A stretch of DNA of 64,000 bases from an uncultured virus (IMG/VR IMGVR_UViG_3300044655_001909) (lineage: Duplodnaviria; Heunggongvirae; Uroviricota; Caudoviricetes): the IMG/VR virus record IMGVR_UViG_3300044655_001909; one strand, given 5' to 3'. A program made the translations under genes and the position numbers. Shown one piece after another: positions 40,462 to 50,840 of this stretch (position 1 is its first letter; each line of letters starts with the position of its first letter). Under the pieces are notes generated by a model. It was not told the origin of the DNA. It did no database searches and was given only the letters and a program-made list of their open reading frames with translations.

Positions 40462-41078
40462 TATCTAACATTTACTTTAACACCAACTTTATTATTTACA
40501 ATTGGTTTTCTTTGTTGTTGTCTAGTCTCATTAAGAGCAACGGTTACTTTCTTAGAAAGTTTTACTTTGAATGTATCTTCCCAAGGTATAAATAAATTAC
40601 CTTCGGCAACTACTTCTAGTTTAATTGTACCCATTTCTCCTTCTTTTAAGATTCCTAATTTCTTAATAGGAACGATACATTTGCCATTTCTAATTTCACC
40701 TGGGAACATTAAAGACCACTCATCAGATTCAACAATAATTCTAGCGTAAGTATCTTCAGGAGAAGAACCTTCGATTGCAATATCACAAACGAACTCTTCA
40801 TTTATATCTTTGTAAAGTTTATAGAAGTTATCATCAACTGATTCAGTTGTTGGTACAAACTCTTCAATATGAGTTCCCATAACTTCTTCAGTTTCTTCAT
40901 ACTCAGGTTGTTTTTCTTCTTTTGGTTCTGGTAACTCTTTCTCAGCAACTGGTGCATTAAACTTTGTTACTTCAGTTGGCACTTCTTCTTCTTCTTTAAC
41001 AGACTCTTTAATGATTGGTTTTGTTGAACCTCCACTTAAAAACTCGTCAAAATTAAAAACATCTTCCATACTTTTCAT
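40461..41078 (-). CDS. Hypothetical protein (acidic N-terminal region, beta-rich C-terminal domain)
   Basis: FNFDEF, IKES and LNET sites; AATATATAC upstream. Confidence 0.65.
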   Translation of the reverse strand: MKSMEDVFNFDEFLSGGSTKPIIKESVKEEEEVPTEVTKFNAPVAEKELPEPKEEKQPEYEETEEVMGTHIEEFVPTTESVDDNFYKLYKDINEEFVCDIAIEGSSPEDTYARIIVESDEWSLMFPGEIRNGKCIVPIKKLGILKEGEMGTIKLEVVAEGNLFIPWEDTFKVKLSKKVTVALNETRQQQRKPIVNNKVGVKVNVR

Positions 41079-41104
41079 TATTTTTGTTTTAGTATATATT
41101 AAAA

Positions 41105-41452
41105 TTAAAAATTAACTTTTATACTTATTGATTCGCTTATACTTGTTTTAATAAACTGTTCAAACTCAGATGCAGTTACTTTAACTTTACTTTCATTTAT
41201 TTCAACTGATTTATCATATTCGATACCTTTATAGTTACAATAAAGTTTAATAACTCGTTTAGCTTTTTCTTCACCTAAATCTTTTCTAACTTGTTCCCAC
41301 GGGTTTCCTTTGACATAAGCCGCGTAATCTCCACCACCTCTACGAACGGCTTGTTCTATCTCAATAAGAATGGCAACATCTTCCCAAAGGTAATTTGTTT
41401 CTTCCCAGACAGAGTCAACCTCTTCCCATTTCAAGTATTTTTTTTGTGACAT
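41105..41452 (-). CDS. Hypothetical protein
   Basis: AATATATAG upstream; INES/ISES sites. Confidence 0.6.
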   Translation of the reverse strand: MSQKKYLKWEEVDSVWEETNYLWEDVAILIEIEQAVRRGGGDYAAYVKGNPWEQVRKDLGEEKAKRVIKLYCNYKGIEYDKSVEINESKVKVTASEFEQFIKTSISESISIKVNF

Positions 41453-41501
41453 AATCTATATATTTTTAAAATTACAGGACCTTTCTAATTATATATACAT
41501 T

Positions 41502-43511
41502 ATGAGTAATAATTTAATGGGCACCACCGTCTCTGGTACATATGGACGTTTAGTACAAGTAGTTGGTGGTTTATATTATGATGGAAACGGTAATTTATTA
41601 GACTTAGGTGCGGATGGTTTACAAGGTCCTCAAGGTCCAACAGGAGCGGATGGTTTACAAGGTCCTCAAGGTGCAACAGGGGCAGATGGTGTAGCTGGAT
41701 CATTTAATGGAGATGTTGCAACTTTTAGTTCAATTACTGCAACTAATTCTAGTTTTATTAATGTGTATATAGAAACAGGTCTTACTATGTCATCAGGAGC
41801 AACAATAAACTTTGATAATGGTTCATTTATTGGAACTGGTCTAACAGGAATTAATGGCATTGCTTTAAATAGTGAAAACTATGAGTGGAAGTGGGAAGCA
41901 GGAGAAGCTTACTTAACTACTCTTAGTGGTAACATTGTTGAACTTAAACAATATGCAAGAGCAATACCATTAGAAAATGATGATGTAACAAAAGGTTTTA
42001 GTAGTGGTTCTTATTGGCTTACTTTAGGTGGTCAAATATATCAATGTCAAGATGCAACTGAAGGTGCTGCTGTATGGGTTTCAGCAGAAGATTATGGTAA
42101 CTTACAATTAGTTACTGATAATGGAGCAACAACTACAAACTCTATCACAGCAGATGGTGGTTTCATTACAACTTGGGAATTAGGTTCATTTCAAGCATCA
42201 CCAAATGGATTTGATTATAATAAGTCACAAATAGTAGATGATGAAGAAAGGTCAATAAATCTGGTTGGTAATTGTGAGACTGGATTTCAAATGAATTATA
42301 CCAATGCTACAACTGCAATTCAATCATATATCTATAATAAAAATGATGTTACTCTTGGAATAAACCAAACTATAGATGATGTTCTTGTAAGTAATACTGT
42401 TACTGTATTGCCAACAGATACTACATTTACTAAGGAGATTAAAGTACCAAAAGTTTTTTTACTTGATGGAGAAAATAGTACTTATAGTTCTTTAGTATTA
42501 AATGATAATTCACTTACATTTAGGGATGAAGCTGATGTTGCACAGATTGCTTTTGAACCAGGATCATTAGGTTTTATCAATAGTGATAATCATTATGCTA
42601 ATTTTAATAGTAATGGTTTATTATCAGATTCAAGATCTTATACATTACCAGATGCAAGTGGAACAATTGCTTTAACATCACAAATCCCAACATCTTTAGA
42701 TGAACTGAGCGATGTTGTTATTACAGGAGCAACAGCAGGTCAGGTATTACAATATAATGGAACAAATTGGATAAACTCATCTTCTATTCAATCACAAATA
42801 GATAGTTTAGTTGAACTTAACTTTTTAAGACAAAATGTAGGTTATATACAACCTTCAGGTTTAGTGAATGTACAACCTAGTTTTAATGTGTCACCAAATA
42901 TATCTTCTTGGGCATTAGTTCTATCAGGCAATACAGCCACTGGTGGTATTGGTGGTTTTGTTAGGTTTGATACAACAGCAACTGCTGGTACATTAGCTTT
43001 TAGAAGAGGTAGTTTTGGAATAATTTTAGGAGGTTATCAATTTGAATATACCCAAAAAGTAAGATTCCAAACTAATTTAACAGGTCAAAGAGGTCTTTGG
43101 GGATTGTCAGCAGGTTACTCTTTTGCATCACCAACAAATGTTGAACCAAATACAAATATAAATGTAGTTGGAGTTTGTCAATTATCTACATCTACTAACC
43201 TACATATTTTACACAATGATGGAACTGGTACAGCAACAACTGTTGATTTAGGTGCTAACTATCCTTGTAATACAAATATATATACTTATTATATAAGAAT
43301 AAAAAGAACAACTGCTGATTATACTATAACTGTTGAAAGACTTACTAATAGTGATAATACAACTATATCTACTATTTATACAACATCAACTAATATACCA
43401 GCAATAGGAGTTGCAAGTTTTTCACCAATAAATTATATTACAAATAATGCACAATCAGCAACAGCATCATACTTTGATGGTGGTTGTATAGCAAAAATAA
43501 CACATCAATAA
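41502..43511 (+). CDS. Collagen-repeat tail-fibre-like protein
   Basis: GADGLQGPQG repeats (36-nt tandem ~41607-41690), LQLVTDNGATTT, YTLPDASGTIALTS, LDELSDV..GQVLQYNGTNWIN. Confidence 0.8.
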   Translation: MSNNLMGTTVSGTYGRLVQVVGGLYYDGNGNLLDLGADGLQGPQGPTGADGLQGPQGATGADGVAGSFNGDVATFSSITATNSSFINVYIETGLTMSSGATINFDNGSFIGTGLTGINGIALNSENYEWKWEAGEAYLTTLSGNIVELKQYARAIPLENDDVTKGFSSGSYWLTLGGQIYQCQDATEGAAVWVSAEDYGNLQLVTDNGATTTNSITADGGFITTWELGSFQASPNGFDYNKSQIVDDEERSINLVGNCETGFQMNYTNATTAIQSYIYNKNDVTLGINQTIDDVLVSNTVTVLPTDTTFTKEIKVPKVFLLDGENSTYSSLVLNDNSLTFRDEADVAQIAFEPGSLGFINSDNHYANFNSNGLLSDSRSYTLPDASGTIALTSQIPTSLDELSDVVITGATAGQVLQYNGTNWINSSSIQSQIDSLVELNFLRQNVGYIQPSGLVNVQPSFNVSPNISSWALVLSGNTATGGIGGFVRFDTTATAGTLAFRRGSFGIILGGYQFEYTQKVRFQTNLTGQRGLWGLSAGYSFASPTNVEPNTNINVVGVCQLSTSTNLHILHNDGTGTATTVDLGANYPCNTNIYTYYIRIKRTTADYTITVERLTNSDNTTISTIYTTSTNIPAIGVASFSPINYITNNAQSATASYFDGGCIAKITHQ

Positions 43512-43513
43512 AT

Positions 43514-43888
43514 ATGAATTACTTTAAAACAAAATATGGAACAATTGTAAATGAAAATAATGTAGTAATACCAATGGAGGAAGGTAATCCATTGTATATT
43601 GATTACATTGAATACTTAACAAATGAAGGTGAAGTTTTTGAAACTGATTTAGTAAATAGTTTTGATAACATCTATTTAACTCAAGAAGCACTAAAAATTG
43701 ATTTAGAATATACAGGTCTTATCTCTGATCTTTTAAGAAAACATATTGAGAAGTTAAGTATTGATTTAGTGCCAATACCACAAGCAGCAATTGATGAAAG
43801 AGATAGGTTGAGAGCGGAATGCAATGAAAAAATTATGGATTTAGGGATAACTAATTTTAGTTACAGACAACAGAATATAAGATTATAA
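43514..43888 (+). CDS. Putative tail-fibre assembly/companion protein
   Basis: IPMEEGNPLYIDYIEYL; immediately follows the fibre gene. Confidence 0.6.
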   Translation: MNYFKTKYGTIVNENNVVIPMEEGNPLYIDYIEYLTNEGEVFETDLVNSFDNIYLTQEALKIDLEYTGLISDLLRKHIEKLSIDLVPIPQAAIDERDRLRAECNEKIMDLGITNFSYRQQNIRL

Positions 43889-43956
43889 AAAGTTTAAAAC
43901 ATTTAAAATACTACTTAATTAATAGAGAGCTTGTTAATCTAAATATATAAATCATA

Positions 43957-44010
43957 AAAAATAATAAAATACTATGGAATATTTAGATAAATATGACCAA
44001 TTAGTTAAAA
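43957..44010 (+). repeat. 54-bp direct repeat, copy 1 (start of the Hc1-like gene)
   Basis: Identical to 48301-48354. Confidence 0.95.
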
Positions 44011-44034
44011 ACTTGCCGAATCTTGAGTGTATAA

Positions 44035-44466
44035 ACTATCTTAGGAACAGATGTTATCAATAATAATGCAGTTGCTAATACAATACAAGATGTAACAGGA
44101 CTATCATTCCCTGTGCTTACAGGTAAAGCTTATTATTTTAAGTTTTATATAAACTATAGCACTGCACTTACAACAACTGGTTCAAGATGGTCTATATCAG
44201 GACCATCATTTACATCATTGTGTTTCATGAGTGAGTATTCACTTGCAGCAACTACAACAACAAGAAATGCTAATGTTATTACTTACGATTTACCTGCTAC
44301 TTCTAATACATCATCAGGACAATTAGTTGGTAATAATGCAGTTATAGAAGGATATATTATACCATCAGTTGATGGAACAGTTATAGCAAGATGTGCAAGT
44401 GAAGTGGCTAACTCAGCTATTACAGCAAAGGCTGGATCAGTATGTTTTTATCAACAATTGACATAG
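44035..44466 (+). pseudogene. Decapitated C-terminal fragment of a fibre/tail protein
   Basis: Frame opens after TAA 44032-44034 with TILGTDVINNNAVANTIQDVTGLSF, upstream of the first possible start codon (GTG 44113). Confidence 0.6.
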
Positions 44467-44565
44467 TAAAATTGGTTATCAAGATAGAGTGACATTTAAT
44501 AATTATTCAATTGATAGAGGTGGTTCTGCATTAACTGATAGAGAAAGGTAAATTATATATACTAA

Positions 44566-47500
44566 ATGGCAATAAGAAGATTAATGATGATGGGTCTTAC
44601 AAACTATATAAGATCTTTAATAAAAACATTTGAAACACAAGTTAATTCAAATCAAGGACAGTTTGAAGCAGAGGATTGTATATACAGTACGTTAGATTCA
44701 TTAAATAAAATTAATTTATTAGAGAGTGCTTACACTATATTAACACCTAATTCATTTTTCGAAGGTGAAGTAGCAGGACTTTATCCCACTATTACTAACA
44801 CACCTATTGTTAATAGATTATCATATACAAATCTATTTCATACAGGTTGGAGCAATGGATTTACAAGTTTTAGTACTGTTTCTTTAACTAATCCATTTGG
44901 TGGAACTTATTCAAATCAAGTAGTAGAAACCGCATCATCGGGTGTTCATTATATGGGACAATCAATAGATGTCCTAATTGGTGTTTCTTATACATTTAGT
45001 ATCTACTTAAAGAAAGGAAATGGTGCAACATCACCAGATATTATGCAATTATACTTTGCAAATAATGGATTCAATGCGACACTATGTGGTAACTTTAATA
45101 TTAATACAGGTGTAGTAACCGCACAGACGGGTCTTAGTGCATCAATAGTGAGTGCAGGAAATAGTTGGTGGAGATGTTCTATCACTGCCGCCGCGTCAAG
45201 TACTTCTATCGCCACAGTAGCAGGTATAACCTTTGTTAATAATAATGCTAGTGCTACTAAAAATCCATCTTATTTAGGAGTTATAACTTCTAATACTTAT
45301 GCATACGGTGCACAGGTAGAAGTGGGAACATTAACTACATATCAAGAAATTGATTTTACAGCTCCGATTGTAAATAATTATGCAGGATTCGTGAGAGGTT
45401 CTTCTTTATATACATCTAGAACTAATAGCTTAGGTGTGGTTGAAACCATACCTTGGAATATTACACAATATAGTGAAGATATATCTTTTTGGACTTTAAA
45501 TGGAGTTACAAGTACACAAAGGGCTGAATATTCTCCTATAAATACATTAACTGCAACAAGAGTAATAGAAACTACTGGGAATCAAACACACTTTGTAAAT
45601 CCAACAACAGTAACACTTAGAGAAATTGTTCCTTTGACATGTTCTATTTATATGAAGAAAGGAATAGGTGCATCAGCATCAAACTGGATGCAGTTAACAT
45701 TAATTAATGCGGCAGTTGCAGGTACACAAAGAGTAAACTTCAATATCGATACCGGAACAGTAGGAACATTTTCAGTGGTGACAACTCCAATTATAACTGA
45801 TGTAGGTAATGGTTGGTGGTATTGTCAAGCAACGTTTATACCAGCCACTATTACAAGTGCAACTAATATTGCAGTATATTTTACAAATAATAGTAGTACT
45901 GCAGCTAGAGCATTTTCTTATACTGGAAATATAAATTCTGATGTTTATTTGTGGGGAGCACAGTGTGTTGAAGGTAATACATCTTTACCATATCTACCGA
46001 CTACAAATAGACAAAACTTCCCAAGATTAAATTATTATGATACAAATCCAAATACAATCATTACTTGTCCAACATTTTTGTTGGAATCCAGTATTACTAA
46101 TTTACTTTTAAATAGTGAGGTTTTTTCATCAACATGGATAACTTCAAATATGACAGTTACTCCTGATACGGCTATTTCACCAAACGGTATACAAGCAGGT
46201 GATACTCTAACCGCAACATCTAGTAACGCATATATAACTCAAAGTGCACAAGGTACAACATCAAATGTAGCTAGAATATTTTCAGTTTGGCTAAAACGTA
46301 AAACTGGTAGTGGTAATATTTCTCTACAATCTGGTGATGTATCTCAAGTTGTAACTATAAATAGTTTAAGTTGGACAAGATGTTGGATAACTAATAATTT
46401 GATGTCAGGAACTTATAGCTCATCAGGAACATCATATGCAGTAACTACAACGTCACCACACGGTCTAATCACTGGTGATTCAATACGATTTGATTCTACT
46501 AGTGGCTCAGCCTCAGATCAAAGTATATCATCTATAACGGTTACCTCTATTACACAATTCACATTTACTGGAACAAGTGCCACTACATCAGGAAGTTGCA
46601 TTATTATAAGTAATTCTTGTAAAATAATAATTGCATCAAATGGTGATGAAGTTTATGTGTGGGGTGCACAGCTTGAAGCATCTATGTCATTAAATATACA
46701 AAACACTTCAAATATTATACCAACATCTTATATATCAACAGGAACGACTACTGTTACTAGAAGTGCAGATACAGTAATAGCAAAAAACCCAGCAACTTCT
46801 CAAGTATCGTTTTATGTTAGAATTAAACGATTAGCTGGAACAAATAATTCAGCATCTCCATTTATTTTATTTTCGGATGGATCATCTACTGGAACATCAA
46901 TAAATAGTATACATTGTGTAGGTCTCGTATCAGGTTTAATAAATTGGTATTATCGTTTAAACAATTCAACTGTATCACTAGCAACAAATGCAATATATTC
47001 ACCAGATGAAGAAGACTTTTTTACTATTCTAATCACGGGAGATAGTAGTGCATCATATAAGTTTAATATTTGGATGAATGGAAGTTTAATAATATCATCA
47101 ACTGCATCAATAGATATATCGGCATTAAGGTATACCTCATTTGGATTGACACAACCTACTACATTTCTAGATAAATATATTACATGGGATAGAGTTTTAA
47201 CAAATGATGAAATAACTGCGTTATTTTCATATCCATATTATAATACTGGTTATACTACAACTAATGTAGAATTACAACATGTGATAAATAGAGCATATGC
47301 AGAGGGATTTACATTACCTTCAACATCCACATTAGCATATTGTGATACATTAATTACGGAAATGAAAAATGATGGTGTATGGAATCTATCTGATGTATAT
47401 CTTAATTTTGCATATAATGATACTAATTTATCAGGATTTTCCAGAATAAATTGGAAGAATCCTTACGGTGCATTAGGATTGGCAACAGTTTTTGGAACAA

Positions 47501-48024
47501 TAACACTAACTACACAAGGTTTTTCTAATGATGGTACTACTTATAATTACATTAATACAAACTTTAATCCTGCAAATATTCAAGCAAATTATACGTTAAA
47601 TAATGCTGGTAGATTATTTGTGATTGCCAGTGATTTAACTTTTATTGTTAGTAGGTACTATGATTCTGCAAATACTTCTGCAAACAGAATACTTAGAGCA
47701 TCTACATCAAACATTACAATAAATGCAACTACATTAACGGGTGAAAATATATCTACTTCTGGTGTAGGTTTAAAATCTCTAATGAGAGATGATTCAACAA
47801 ATGTTAGATTCCAAAATGGTTCGACTGTCTATAACAGAACATCAACATCAACATCGGTATCAAATACTACACAAGTAATTGGAGGTCAAAATGGATCAGC
47901 TTCGGCAGATGCGGTATATGCAAACTATTGGATGGGTGGATCTTTAACTAATTCACAAATTGACAATTTTAGAACATACTATAATCAATATTTGGTTAAT
48001 ATAGGATTAACAGCATTCGCATAA
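44566..48024 (+). CDS. Large virion fibre/spike protein with repeated beta-sandwich (carbohydrate-binding-like) domains
   Basis: Three (Y/W)GAQ(V/C/L)xE-type repeats, GN.WW.C, TSYISTGTTTVTRSAD; S/T/N rich. Confidence 0.75.
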   Translation: MAIRRLMMMGLTNYIRSLIKTFETQVNSNQGQFEAEDCIYSTLDSLNKINLLESAYTILTPNSFFEGEVAGLYPTITNTPIVNRLSYTNLFHTGWSNGFTSFSTVSLTNPFGGTYSNQVVETASSGVHYMGQSIDVLIGVSYTFSIYLKKGNGATSPDIMQLYFANNGFNATLCGNFNINTGVVTAQTGLSASIVSAGNSWWRCSITAAASSTSIATVAGITFVNNNASATKNPSYLGVITSNTYAYGAQVEVGTLTTYQEIDFTAPIVNNYAGFVRGSSLYTSRTNSLGVVETIPWNITQYSEDISFWTLNGVTSTQRAEYSPINTLTATRVIETTGNQTHFVNPTTVTLREIVPLTCSIYMKKGIGASASNWMQLTLINAAVAGTQRVNFNIDTGTVGTFSVVTTPIITDVGNGWWYCQATFIPATITSATNIAVYFTNNSSTAARAFSYTGNINSDVYLWGAQCVEGNTSLPYLPTTNRQNFPRLNYYDTNPNTIITCPTFLLESSITNLLLNSEVFSSTWITSNMTVTPDTAISPNGIQAGDTLTATSSNAYITQSAQGTTSNVARIFSVWLKRKTGSGNISLQSGDVSQVVTINSLSWTRCWITNNLMSGTYSSSGTSYAVTTTSPHGLITGDSIRFDSTSGSASDQSISSITVTSITQFTFTGTSATTSGSCIIISNSCKIIIASNGDEVYVWGAQLEASMSLNIQNTSNIIPTSYISTGTTTVTRSADTVIAKNPATSQVSFYVRIKRLAGTNNSASPFILFSDGSSTGTSINSIHCVGLVSGLINWYYRLNNSTVSLATNAIYSPDEEDFFTILITGDSSASYKFNIWMNGSLIISSTASIDISALRYTSFGLTQPTTFLDKYITWDRVLTNDEITALFSYPYYNTGYTTTNVELQHVINRAYAEGFTLPSTSTLAYCDTLITEMKNDGVWNLSDVYLNFAYNDTNLSGFSRINWKNPYGALGLATVFGTITLTTQGFSNDGTTYNYINTNFNPANIQANYTLNNAGRLFVIASDLTFIVSRYYDSANTSANRILRASTSNITINATTLTGENISTSGVGLKSLMRDDSTNVRFQNGSTVYNRTSTSTSVSNTTQVIGGQNGSASADAVYANYWMGGSLTNSQIDNFRTYYNQYLVNIGLTAFA

Positions 48025-48040
48025 AAAATAAATTATTATT

Positions 48041-48298
48041 ATGTACATATTTAGAAAATATGAATTTCCATCAGAGGAAATTTTTGACAATTTAGTTACG
48101 AAATATGAAGGAAACCCATATCATACATTCGTTAAGTTAGGTATTCTTAGAAATAACATGTTTTCAGTTGACGTTCTTTGGTATGGTGGCACTGATTTTG
48201 AGTGGATAGAATATGAAATCTATGATGTTGAGGGAAACGGATCACACACATTTGGAGGATTTGATTTTAATAGAGAAGATAATAATATAAATATATAA
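48041..48298 (+). CDS. Small companion protein of the upstream fibre
   Basis: FRKYEF, SVDVLW, G.HTF.G; position. Confidence 0.6.
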   Translation: MYIFRKYEFPSEEIFDNLVTKYEGNPYHTFVKLGILRNNMFSVDVLWYGGTDFEWIEYEIYDVEGNGSHTFGGFDFNREDNNINI

Positions 48299-48300
48299 AT

Positions 48301-48354
48301 AAAAATAATAAAATACTATGGAATATTTAGATAAATATGACCAATTAGTTAAAA
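48301..48354 (+). repeat. 54-bp direct repeat, copy 2
   Basis: Identical to 43957-44010. Confidence 0.95.
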
Positions 48355-48533
48355 TTCTTACTGAAGAAGTAGAAGTAGATGGAAAGAAATTTAACTTGAA
48401 GGATGACTTTGAGAAGTTTTTCATCAGAGGTAACAAAACTGCAGGCACTCGTATAAGAAAGGTTATGCAGGAACTTAAAAGATTATCACAAGAAGTACGA
48501 ACAGATGTTCAAGAGTACAAAGGTAAAATCTAA
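48318..48533 (+). CDS. Histone H1-like (Hc1-family) small DNA-binding protein
   Basis: GNKTAGTRIRK..QELK...QEVR motif. Confidence 0.8.
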   Translation: MEYLDKYDQLVKILTEEVEVDGKKFNLKDDFEKFFIRGNKTAGTRIRKVMQELKRLSQEVRTDVQEYKGKI

Positions 48534-48537
48534 TATG

Positions 48538-48566
48538 AAAAATCAAGTTTTTAACTTGATTTTTTT
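48538..48566 (+). terminator. Intrinsic terminator
   Basis: AAAAATCAAGTT-loop-AACTTGATTTTT. Confidence 0.7.
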
Positions 48567-48578
48567 TATATATACATT

Positions 48579-49247
48579 ATGAAAAACTTAAAAACATTTG
48601 AAGATTATTCTGATCTTGATAAACAAGATAAAGAAAGAGCTGAAAGAAACCAGATTTCTAACTTCCCTCATAGTGCCAAAGAAGAAGCGAAGAAAAGAGA
48701 AAAAATAGAAAAAAGATCTCATAAAGAAGATCCAGACGGAATGTATCCAAGAGATGATAAACGTTATGATTATAGTAACGATAGCAGAGGTGGTTGGCAA
48801 GATGGTATGGGTAAACCTTCTTGGTTAGGAGAATCTTTTGAAGATGAAGACTTAATACTATCTCTAATGAAAGATAAAGGATGGGGAGATTTAAGTTATA
48901 ATAGAATTGAGGATTTTAAAAATTCCGGTTACTATAAAGATCCAATTGATGAGAATGAATTTGTTGAACAATTTGATGATTATCTATATTCTCAAGAAAT
49001 AAGTGAATCCGTTGCAGAAGATTACTTAAAGAGATTTAATGAAAATAAAGAAACTTTTACTGTTCTATATGAAGTAGAAGATTATGAAGCAGATTTACAT
49101 CTTGATAATACTTTTGATTTTGAGCCAGTAGAAACTGGTTATAGTGATGGTGATATGGTTACTATGAAAGCAAAGGTGTTTGCAAATAGTCAAGAAGAAG
49201 CAGACAAACATGTTTTAAGTAGATATGAAACTGCAATTCTAAGATAA
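48579..49247 (+). CDS. Acidic protein with leader MKNLKTFED and internal xES sites
   Basis: Leader; LGES, ISES, LKRFNE. Confidence 0.7.
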   Translation: MKNLKTFEDYSDLDKQDKERAERNQISNFPHSAKEEAKKREKIEKRSHKEDPDGMYPRDDKRYDYSNDSRGGWQDGMGKPSWLGESFEDEDLILSLMKDKGWGDLSYNRIEDFKNSGYYKDPIDENEFVEQFDDYLYSQEISESVAEDYLKRFNENKETFTVLYEVEDYEADLHLDNTFDFEPVETGYSDGDMVTMKAKVFANSQEEADKHVLSRYETAILR

Positions 49248-49262
49248 AAAATAATTAAACAA

Positions 49263-49823
49263 ATGAAAAAATTTAGTAATATATCAAATTACTCAGTTGG
49301 TGAAAAACCAGCAGAAGTAGAATATAAAATAGATGAAGCAGATCTTTTTAGATTAAAAGTAATCAATCTATTAGAACAATTTTTATCAATTGAAACTTAT
49401 GGTCCTGTTGATAGATACTTGAGAGCAGGATCACTTACAATAAAAGGAAAAGAAATGGCAGCAGATGCGATTTTAAGCTTATTAGACGAGAAAACTGTTA
49501 AAGAACAAGCAAAACTATTAGAAAGTTTAAAAAGTGAAGTAAAAGACTGGGAAGCGATTGATAATAAAATTGAAGATCTAAATGAAAAACTAATTGGTGA
49601 TAAGTTCAAAACTATTCATAAAGTTAAAAGTTTATTAGAAAAATATGATGAAGAGATTTTAATCGGAGTATTAGAAAATAAAATACAATCAGTAAATAAA
49701 GTTGAAACATTACAATCTTACTTAGAAGCATTTAATACAATCGGAACATTAAATCAAGAAACATTACAAAAGATAAATAAGATTTATACAGATAAAATAG
49801 AACAAATAAAAAACCCATCATAA
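49263..49823 (+). CDS. Helical hypothetical protein
   Basis: ORF; LLES site. Confidence 0.6.
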   Translation: MKKFSNISNYSVGEKPAEVEYKIDEADLFRLKVINLLEQFLSIETYGPVDRYLRAGSLTIKGKEMAADAILSLLDEKTVKEQAKLLESLKSEVKDWEAIDNKIEDLNEKLIGDKFKTIHKVKSLLEKYDEEILIGVLENKIQSVNKVETLQSYLEAFNTIGTLNQETLQKINKIYTDKIEQIKNPS

Positions 49824-49834
49824 GATGGGTTTTT
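49808..49834. terminator. Bidirectional terminator
   Basis: AAAAACCCATC-ATAA-GATGGGTTTTT. Confidence 0.8.
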
Positions 49835-49837
49835 GTT

Positions 49838-50236
49838 TTATACTTTTTCTACTGTTTCATCTACAACAACTACTGGAGTTCTTTTAATCAACTTATCATT
49901 GATTGCATCTAACAAATTACATTTGTTTTTAAAGATCTCATTACGACGAGCAATTCTTCTACGAATTGTTTCTGTCTTAACAACTTTTTTGTATGCGTCA
50001 AGTATTGTTTCTGAATACCTTTCAATAACTACAAATCCGTGATTACTAAATTGAACACCATTACCATCAATAAGCATGAAGTATTGTTCTTTTTCTAGAC
50101 ACAACATATAATCCATATTATCAGGATTGACCTCAATAATACAATCAGGTTGTATAAGAAGATTGGTGATGACATTATACATCTTAGTCTCATCTTCCGT
50201 CATTTTAGGTAATTTATCAGATTTTCCGAACCACAT
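49838..50236 (-). CDS. Hypothetical protein
   Basis: ORF with TATCTTTG (50264-50271, minus) upstream. Confidence 0.65.
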   Translation of the reverse strand: MWFGKSDKLPKMTEDETKMYNVITNLLIQPDCIIEVNPDNMDYMLCLEKEQYFMLIDGNGVQFSNHGFVVIERYSETILDAYKKVVKTETIRRRIARRNEIFKNKCNLLDAINDKLIKRTPVVVVDETVEKV

Positions 50237-50338
50237 AATTTTTTTAGTTTTTAATTTATTCTACAAAGATACGATATTATTTATAATAACCAAATATTAT
50301 TAAAAAACTTTACAGTAATATACTTATATAAATTATCT

Positions 50339-50827
50339 ATGAATAGTTTACAAGAATTAAATGAGTGGATTGAAAAAATTAAAAACTTAAATGTTGATGA
50401 TGATAATATCGATTTACTCAATAACTTCATCCGATTCTCACCAGAGAAGTTCGCAGATAAATTAGGATTAGAAAGAGAACCACTAGTAAAAGAGTTTGAT
50501 AAACATAAGAAAGAAGTTCACAATAAAGTAATCATTTACAATCGTGTAAAAGTTTTAAAAAAAAGAAAGTTAGAAACATTTACCTTTAAATATAATGGTA
50601 AGCCATATCCAACAAAGTTTTGTGTTTGTACAAAATTTCTTCAAGTAAAGTCAAATGCAAAGTTCTATCCAACTATAACTTATCTATATTGTGAACTAGA
50701 AGGATTCTTCGCAAATGAAAACTTAGTAGTGTTTGCAGAGAATCAAAAAGTTTATATAACAGAAAATGAATTTAATGAAAACTTTATTGATTTAAGAGAA
50801 TATAAAATCAATTCAATTATTAACTAA
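50339..50827 (+). CDS. Hypothetical protein with C-terminal LREYKINSII motif
   Basis: Shared motif; AAAC-N18-TATAA at 50305-50331. Confidence 0.65.
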   Translation: MNSLQELNEWIEKIKNLNVDDDNIDLLNNFIRFSPEKFADKLGLEREPLVKEFDKHKKEVHNKVIIYNRVKVLKKRKLETFTFKYNGKPYPTKFCVCTKFLQVKSNAKFYPTITYLYCELEGFFANENLVVFAENQKVYITENEFNENFIDLREYKINSIIN

Positions 50828-50840
50828 TACCTAAATTTTT

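Noticed and set aside
23524..48354. Diversity-generating retroelement or invertase shufflon acting on the fibres
   Set aside because: No reverse transcriptase or recombinase in the window; repeats are direct and do not show adenine-specific mismatches
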